64,000 nt of DNA, taken from contig CAVTBR010000002.1 in NCBI GenBank assembly GCA_963733055.1, forward strand, positions 64,001 through 128,000. Direction: 5' to 3'. The notes under the pieces were generated by a model that did no database searches, was not told the origin of the DNA, and worked only from the letters and a program-made list of their open reading frames with translations. Below, in pieces: positions 57,918 to 64,000 of this stretch. How positions within the stretch are numbered: position 1 is the first letter of the stretch; each line of letters begins with the position of its first letter. A program made the translations under genes and the position numbers. Origin of the DNA: Candidatus Bathyarchaeota archaeon (GTDB taxonomy: Archaea; Thermoproteota; Bathyarchaeia; 40CM-2-53-6).

Positions 57918-59223
57918 TTACCTAGCCTAATCGTAGTTGGCTGTCAGTGGGGCGATGAGGGTAAGGGGAAGATTGTTGACTACCTGTCGTCGCAAGCGGA
58001 TTATGTGACCCGATATCAGGGTGGCAGCAACGCGGGGCACACGATCAATGTTGGAAAGGAAACCTACAGGCTAAGGCTTCTGCCCTCGGGCGTGTTGCAT
58101 CACAAGAAATTGGTAATCGCCAACGGGGTGGTCGTCGACCCCTCTGTACTGCTGAAAGAAATCTCCGATCTAACTGCCAAGGGGTTCAAGCCGGACTTGG
58201 CGCTAAGTGATCGAGCTCACATAACTCTCAGTTACCACCAAATGTTGGATGCAGCTGAGGAGAAATTCAAGGGAACCCTCCGATCCGGAACGACCTTGCG
58301 CGGGATCGGCCCCACCTACACGGACAAGGTGGCGCGATATGGAATCAGAACGGTGGACCTCCTCGACGTGGAGCTCCTGAAACAGAAGCTCTCACAGAAC
58401 ACGGTCCTGAAGCAGCGAACGCTGAAATCCGTTTACGAATCAGATGCCCAAATCAACGAGAAAGAACTACTCGACGGTTGCGTAAAGTTCGGTCAGGACC
58501 TACGCCCATACATAGCCGACACTTCAGTGCTGCTAAACGACGCATTGGACGAGGGTAAACGGGTTCTTTTCGAAGGTGCCCAGGGGCTCTTGCTGGATAT
58601 CGACCACGGAGTGTACCCCTTCGGGACATCATCAAACACGGTTGCAGGAGGTGTCTGTACGGGAGCGGGAGTAGGGCCGACCAAGATCAACGATACGTTA
58701 GGGGTAGTCAAGGCGTATACTTCGCAGCGTCGGATCGGGACCCGTGCCAACCGAGCTCACGGACGACGTGGGGTCGAGGCTCCAAGAGAAAGGAAAGGAA
58801 TTCGGGACGGTGACGGGCCGTAAACGGAGGTGTGGATGGATCGACGCAGTAGCGCTGAGATTAGCTGCTCGAGTGAACGGGCTGACAGGGATAGCTCTTA
58901 CAAAGATGGATACGCTCGGCGGATTCGACCCTGTGAAGATTTGCATCGAATACAAAGTGGATGGAAGAACGATCCGTGATCAACCAGCAGGCCTACACGA
59001 ATACTCGAATTGCAAGCCAGTTTACGAAGAGATGCGAGGATGGCCTGACCTGCCTAACGCTGAGTGGGCGACCATCGCGAACAAAGGCTACGATTCACTA
59101 CCGTCGCAAGCGCGAGACTACATCCATAAAATCGAAGAAATCACAAAAACGCCAGTGAAAATAATTTCAGTAGGGGAAGCACGAGAAGCGACGATATACC
59201 GATCCGAAGTCTGGGCAAGCTAA
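57918..59223 (+). CDS. purA: Adenylosuccinate synthetase (apparent 1-nt insertion near 58726; start codon garbled)
   Basis: QWGDEGKGK, GGSNAGHT, EGAQG, DHGVYPF; second frame has TVTGRKRRCGW and TKMD. Confidence 0.95.
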
Positions 59224-59908
59224 CCGGAAGACTTACCCCTTACATTCCTCATTAACCAGGTTTCAACCGAAGTTATGTGCCTGAACGAATTCGTCAATGG
59301 AGAGATCACTAGCCCCGGGGAATCGCGGCCGCCAAGAGGTTAACCACATTATACAAGGCTGTGAACACAAGTACCCAGAAGAGTAAGATGGCGTCTCCGC
59401 TGAACTGCCACCCGGTCGTCTGAACGAGCGTAATTCTCGCGAACGCCATATAGTTAAGCCCGAAAATCACTGGCCCGACGTAGAGGAGGACAACGTAGTT
59501 GACAATAGTCATCGCGAAAACCCGAAGTAACATTCCGCCCCCGAACATGAGTGAGAGTGCGACCGCGGGGCGACCCCGTCCCCCCGCTAGACGAGAGTAG
59601 ACAACACTGCCCGCCCAAAAGCCCCCAAGCGTCGACAAGACTGCGACTAATTTTATCGCCGGACCCAAAGGTGCGTCAGATCCGGTTATGTTGAGAAACA
59701 GCCAATGCACTAGTTCCGTTATGATGGCGGCTAGGGGACCGAATAGGAAGAATGCGATGTAGATGGGAAGCTCTGCGAAGTCTATCTGGAGGTAGGGGAT
59801 GAGTGGGAACGGAATTGCAGCTCTAGAGAGAGTCAGCAGCGCGGCAAGTGCCGAGAATACGGCCGCGCCGGCGAGAGTGACAGTGAACTTTTGACGATTG
59901 TTCTTCAA
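59220..59908 (-). CDS. ECF transporter S-component-like membrane protein (apparent frameshift near 59318)
   Basis: IPFPLIPYLQIDFAELP...FGP motif; shifted frame continues GLVISPLTNSFRH...KSSG. Confidence 0.75.
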
Positions 59909-59950
59909 CCGTGTTCAGTGACGCCTAAGGATCTACCAAGAAAAGTGTTT

Positions 59951-60343
59951 CTACTCCTTTTTTGGTGATGATTCTCGGCGAGTTTGTAGACTCCTCGTAG
60001 CGGGTCTAGACAGTTTCCTCAGGATCTCGACAGCTTCGCGGATGTTCTTGTAGGCTCCGCGCAGGTCAGAGTCTAGCATAGTTTCAGCTTTGTCGATCAA
60101 GTCACGGACATAATCTGCAGACGGTGTGTGGGCCGTATTTGTTGTAGGATCGTAATCACCCAAGTTGTTGATGATCGCTATTCTAAACGCTAGATACTCA
60201 ACCTCGGCCGTACACTTCCAAAGAAGCAAATCTAGACTCGGATCAGGTGTCGCCCCCGTTGATTTGCGAAACTGATCAATGAGCTCTAGCGCTTTAGAAA
60301 AAGACTGAATGGTTTGTTGATCACGTGTTTTACTTTGGGCCGT
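59951..60343 (-). CDS. Hypothetical helical protein (start uncertain, possibly ACG)
   Basis: Frame is open upstream of the called TTG start; LWKCTAEVEYLAF motif. Confidence 0.6.
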   Translation of the reverse strand, partial: TAQSKTRDQQTIQSFSKALELIDQFRKSTGATPDPSLDLLLWKCTAEVEYLAFRIAIINNLGDYDPTTNTAHTPSADYVRDLIDKAETMLDSDLRGAYKNIREAVEILRKLSRPATRSLQTRRESSPKKE

Positions 60344-60368
60344 TCGCTTAGCCGCCCCTCTGTGTCTC

Positions 60369-62192
60369 TTAGTGTACTGTCACGGATTTCGCTAGGTTCC
60401 TTGGGAAGTCAGGGTTGTATCCCTTTCTTACGGACACGTAGTAGGCAAAGAGCTGGAGAGGAAGAATGAAGACGATGGGCGTGAGTGGCCAAGGAATCCC
60501 GGTGGGCAAGGTAATCGTTTGATCCGACAGAGCCGAAACTTGGGTATCCCCCCGTTCAACCAAACCAACAACCTCCGCGTGCCTGGCCTTCATCTCCATC
60601 ACATTGCCCACGATTTTAGAGTAAACCTCGTCCATCGGTGCGATGAAGATTACTGGGTATCCAGCCTCAACGACCGAGATGAAGCCGTGTTTTGATTCGC
60701 CCGCCGGATACGAGATTGCGGGTAGGTATGAAAGTTCTAAGAGCTTCAGTCGTCCCTCAAGGGCGGTCGCGACGCTAATCCCTCTACCGAGAAAGCAGAA
60801 GCTAACGCTGTCACTGAATTTTTCAGCAAGGCGTTTCACCTGATCCTCCTGGGTTGATACAGTCGTTGAAACCCATTCGGGAAGCTGATCGAACCCCGCT
60901 TCTAACGACTTCAATTCTTTTGCACCCACTGTTTTTCGTTTGCCAGCGAGAGCCACAGCAATTTTGACGAGAACAGCAAACTGTGCAGTGAAAGTCTTTG
61001 TTGCCGCCACTCCCATCTCTGGGCCAGAGTTTTGACCGATGTAAACGTCCGACAGCCTAGTCAGCGTCGAGCCCATTACGTTGGTTACTCCGAGAATTGC
61101 GGCTCCGCGATCCTTTGCCCCTCTGACCGCGGTTAGGGTGTCTGCAGTCTCTCCCGATTGGCTGATGGTCAGGATAACGGTGTCTTGGTCAATTAACGAG
61201 CCGTAACCATCTATGAATTCCGAAGCGACGACCGGTGTGACTTCAATTTTGGCTAGGTTTGCGAAAACATATGTCGCGGCGACGCAGGCGTGATATGAAG
61301 TTCCGCATGCGAGCAGGAATATTCTCTTTGCTCGGTTCATTGCCGAGGCCATCAGATCAAGGTAGATTGGATGAGTTCTCAACGCGTTGCGAATGGAGAG
61401 CGGTTGTTCATGAATTTCCTTCAACATGAAGTGTGGAAACCCACCCTTACTCGCAGTCTCCACGCTCCACTCCACAGTGAAAGGTTGGCGAGATACTACT
61501 TCCCCACTTTCCACCTTCAACAAGCGAACGCTTCCAGCCTCCAAAACCGCCATCTCGTCATCTTCTAGGAGAATAGCCTGTTTGGTTCGTGATAGGAAAG
61601 CGGGAATGTCTGAGGCAAGATAGTTTGCGTTCGTCCCCGTGCCAATTACGAGTGGACTCTCCCGCCTCACGCAAACAATTTTGTCAGGCTCGTTCGCGCA
61701 TATGATAGCTAGTGCGTAAGCACCTTTGAGCCTCCGCGCGGCCGATCGCACTGCCTCAACGAAGTCCATTCCCGACTTCAAGTTCTCTTCGACAAGATGT
61801 GCGACTATTTCGGTGTCAGTTCTTGACTTGAACTTGTGCCCTGCAGCTTCCAACTCCTGCTTGAGTTCCATGAAATTCTCGATGATACCATTGTGAACAA
61901 CCGCAACTCTGCCCAAGCAGTCCGTGTGAGGGTGGGCGTTTTCTTGCGACGGAGCGCCGTGAGTCGCCCACCGAGTGTGGCCGATTCCAACGACTCCGCC
62001 CAGATCACTGATGTGGAGCTCGCTTTCGACCTCGTCGATCTTTCCCTTGTCCTTCTTTACGACTATCGTTCCGTTGATAATCGCAGCCTCGCCCACCGAA
62101 TCGTAACCGCGGTACTCGAGTCGTTTCAGAGAGTCGTGTAGTATCGGGCCTACATCGCCGGATTTCTGCACGACACCCGAAATTCCACACAT
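60369..62192 (-). CDS. glmS: Glutamine--fructose-6-phosphate aminotransferase
   Basis: MCGI N-terminus, LEYRGYDS, GHTRWATHG, SQSGETADT and PRNLAKSVTV motifs. Confidence 0.97.
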   Translation of the reverse strand: MCGISGVVQKSGDVGPILHDSLKRLEYRGYDSVGEAAIINGTIVVKKDKGKIDEVESELHISDLGGVVGIGHTRWATHGAPSQENAHPHTDCLGRVAVVHNGIIENFMELKQELEAAGHKFKSRTDTEIVAHLVEENLKSGMDFVEAVRSAARRLKGAYALAIICANEPDKIVCVRRESPLVIGTGTNANYLASDIPAFLSRTKQAILLEDDEMAVLEAGSVRLLKVESGEVVSRQPFTVEWSVETASKGGFPHFMLKEIHEQPLSIRNALRTHPIYLDLMASAMNRAKRIFLLACGTSYHACVAATYVFANLAKIEVTPVVASEFIDGYGSLIDQDTVILTISQSGETADTLTAVRGAKDRGAAILGVTNVMGSTLTRLSDVYIGQNSGPEMGVAATKTFTAQFAVLVKIAVALAGKRKTVGAKELKSLEAGFDQLPEWVSTTVSTQEDQVKRLAEKFSDSVSFCFLGRGISVATALEGRLKLLELSYLPAISYPAGESKHGFISVVEAGYPVIFIAPMDEVYSKIVGNVMEMKARHAEVVGLVERGDTQVSALSDQTITLPTGIPWPLTPIVFILPLQLFAYYVSVRKGYNPDFPRNLAKSVTVH

Positions 62193-62379
62193 GAGTACCA
62201 ATTTCCTAATAGAATTCGCCGAGGTAACCTAGCACTTGTCTTAAGGTTTCCTCAGGTTGATTTTTGATGAATCAACCCTTTTTCCATTAGTCCAAGTTCG
62301 GGATGCATGGAGATTAATCAAAAACGTGTTTAATAGTCAAATCTCCACTTTATCAATTCAATACCGAGGCCCATGGGCA

Positions 62380-63324
62380 ATGCCATATTTACTGTTGAAG
62401 GAAAGACGCAGCAACCAACTCCTCCCGGCACGAATTCTCTCCGACCCCAAAGTTGCGCAACTCCTACTCCAGCCCACGCGTTGGAAAATCCTAAGCGACC
62501 TATCCGATGGTGAGAAATGTGCCAAAGACCTAGCGGAAGCATTCCACACCAGCGAGCAAGTAATCTGCTATCATTTGAGGGAACTTGAGAAGGCGGGTTT
62601 GATTGCGTTAGAGAGAACCGAGAAGAAGAGGGGCGCGACCGCCAAGTATTACCGAGCAGAGGAGAAGGCGATCGCTATCATACCCCGACGAGGAGCGCCC
62701 GGCGCTACCTCGCGAGACATGGTGGAGGAACCATTGTCGGACGCTGCCTCGAAAATGCTCGACCCGTTCCTCTCACAAGGCCACTTCAACGGCCACATTG
62801 TCCTCGGAAGCCCCGACGCACACGGCATCTTCAGCAGCCGAGCCCGCTGCGGGGACAGAGCCACCGACCTAGCACTATTCATAGGATCACTCCTCCCCGT
62901 CACACGCGAAAGTGTCGTGCGCTTGGATACGGAACTATCCCAACAGGAATCAGCCCGAAACCTCATAGTCGTTGGAGGGCCGAGGGTAAACACAGTTACG
63001 ATGACCGCGAACGAATACCTCTCCATAACCTACGAGCTAACTGGCCACAACATGATGATCTCCCGCCTCTCAGGACGAAGCTACGCCGGCGAAGAGGAAG
63101 GAGCCGTGCAACTGATCGACAACCCCACCAATCAAGCCTCGAAAATGCTCGTCATAGCAGGGAACAGCTACCTCGGCACAAGGGCCGCCGTTCTCGCATT
63201 CATCAAATACACTAACGAAATCGCCAAAGGCAACACCTCGAACAGGAAGACCATCGCTCGGGTCGTAACGGGGATAGATTTGAACAGCGACGGGCTAGTC
63301 GACGACGTCCAATTCCTCGAATAA
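62380..63324 (+). CDS. ArsR-type HTH regulator fused to an S-layer-like C-terminal domain
   Basis: PTRWKIL...YHLRELEKAGLI HTH; C-terminal IVLGSPDAHG, NLIVVGGPRVN and IAG....GTRAA. Confidence 0.75.
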   Translation: MPYLLLKERRSNQLLPARILSDPKVAQLLLQPTRWKILSDLSDGEKCAKDLAEAFHTSEQVICYHLRELEKAGLIALERTEKKRGATAKYYRAEEKAIAIIPRRGAPGATSRDMVEEPLSDAASKMLDPFLSQGHFNGHIVLGSPDAHGIFSSRARCGDRATDLALFIGSLLPVTRESVVRLDTELSQQESARNLIVVGGPRVNTVTMTANEYLSITYELTGHNMMISRLSGRSYAGEEEGAVQLIDNPTNQASKMLVIAGNSYLGTRAAVLAFIKYTNEIAKGNTSNRKTIARVVTGIDLNSDGLVDDVQFLE

Positions 63325-63325
63325 G

Positions 63326-63501
63326 TCACCCAAAACCCGTTTCCGGGGCAACGATACCGCTTTCGAACCCCATGCCATGAGGGTGAGCGTGGCGAGGTGG
63401 GGTGTGCCACACCCCTAGTGAAGGGTGAGCCACACCCGGGAAAAGTAAACAGGGGACTTGACTTAACCGAGCCTTGTCCAGCGCTGCTAGGGCTTGGGTG
63501 A
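63326..63501 (-). ncRNA. Unidentified structured RNA candidate
   Basis: 12-bp terminal helix enclosing several hairpins; G-U pairs favour the minus strand; lies between convergent genes. Confidence 0.45.
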
Positions 63502-63514
63502 GGCTGCATCGGTT

Positions 63515-64000
63515 CTAGGTGGTCCTGGCCAGTTTCTTCTTGAGTGTCTCCGTTACTAACTTAGGGTCAGTTCGCCCCCTAACTTCGGACATGATCGATC
63601 CCATGATCGAAGGAAAAGCACCCTCGCCTTTCGTCTCGATTAGATTCCTGTTCTTCTCGATGTGGCGATCGATAATCTGTTCCAACTCTGCTTGCGATAT
63701 CATCTGGAGTCCAAGATGTTGAATGCCTTCCGAAGGTTCCGAGGTGGGGTTTTAAGCCTGCCACCTCAACAAATCTGGCATGGCTTCTTTGGCGAATGCG
63801 CCTTTGGCTAGGAGCTGGAACATGGACTCTATCTTAGCGTCTGGGACGGTGCGAACCGCGACCCCCTCTCGTTCAAGGCTCTTGCATGTTTCCGTTAGAA
63901 ACGTCGCAGCAAATGTAGGTTGAACCGCCTTATTCGAAACGACGCGTTCGAATAGGCTTAGATAATCAGAATCAACGATCTGTTTTGCTAATTTCTGATT
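63515..64000 (-). CDS. gatE: Glu-tRNA(Gln) amidotransferase subunit E, 3' end (partial; in-frame TAA at 63752-63754)
   Basis: ...KSLEREGV...AKEA...MGSIMSEVRGRTDPK, the GatE C-terminal YqeY-like tail. Confidence 0.85.

Noticed and set aside
57905-57920. TTA start codon for purA
   Set aside because: Deleting one T from the TTT run gives TTG GAA TTA CCT in frame, and a TTG>TTA miscall also explains it
63355-63380. tRNA or 5S rRNA suggested by GGGGTTCGAAA / TTTCGAACCC
   Set aside because: No T-stem complement or cloverleaf, and the rest of the 5S consensus is absent
1-64000. CRISPR arrays, IS elements, rRNA/tRNA genes, ORB origin boxes and the many antisense shadow ORFs
   Set aside because: No regularly spaced repeats, transposase motifs or consensus matches were found by eye; shadow ORFs overlap well-supported genes

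Overview
Archaeal chromosomal window, most likely TACK/Bathyarchaeia-like. The evidence is nop5-fibrillarin, TFE-beta, Trm1, ATP-dependent ligase, GatE, a CFI-box-CTERM protein and frequent TTG starts. Positions 1-17.5 kb are accessory/redox genes: micro membrane ORFs, MoaD, a RelBE-type TA pair, tungsten-type AOR, a DrrAB-type exporter, AKR, quinone reductase, MOSC, an LLM oxidoreductase, a 5-PAS two-component module and a sulfite-oxidase-family enzyme. Positions 18-64 kb are mostly core genes (RNA modification, metB, lig, argF, rimK, folD/FTCD, asnS, pyrG, purA, glmS, gatE). At least eight genes carry single-base frameshifts or stops, including purA and gatE, which points to assembly error rather than biology. 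The best leads for something undescribed are: (1) two unannotated, highly structured GC-rich intergenic RNAs (33320-33585, with a potential pseudoknot and adjacent to a candidate C/D-box sRNA, and 63326-63501); (2) a stand-alone divergent NurA(+wHTH insert)-HerA pair with no Mre11/Rad50 in the window; (3) dif-like sites and repeats bracketing micro-ORF/TA cassettes; (4) a Tyr/Pro/Trp-rich micropeptide. No CRISPR array, rRNA, tRNA or transposase was seen. All family assignments come from motif recognition by eye, not database searches.
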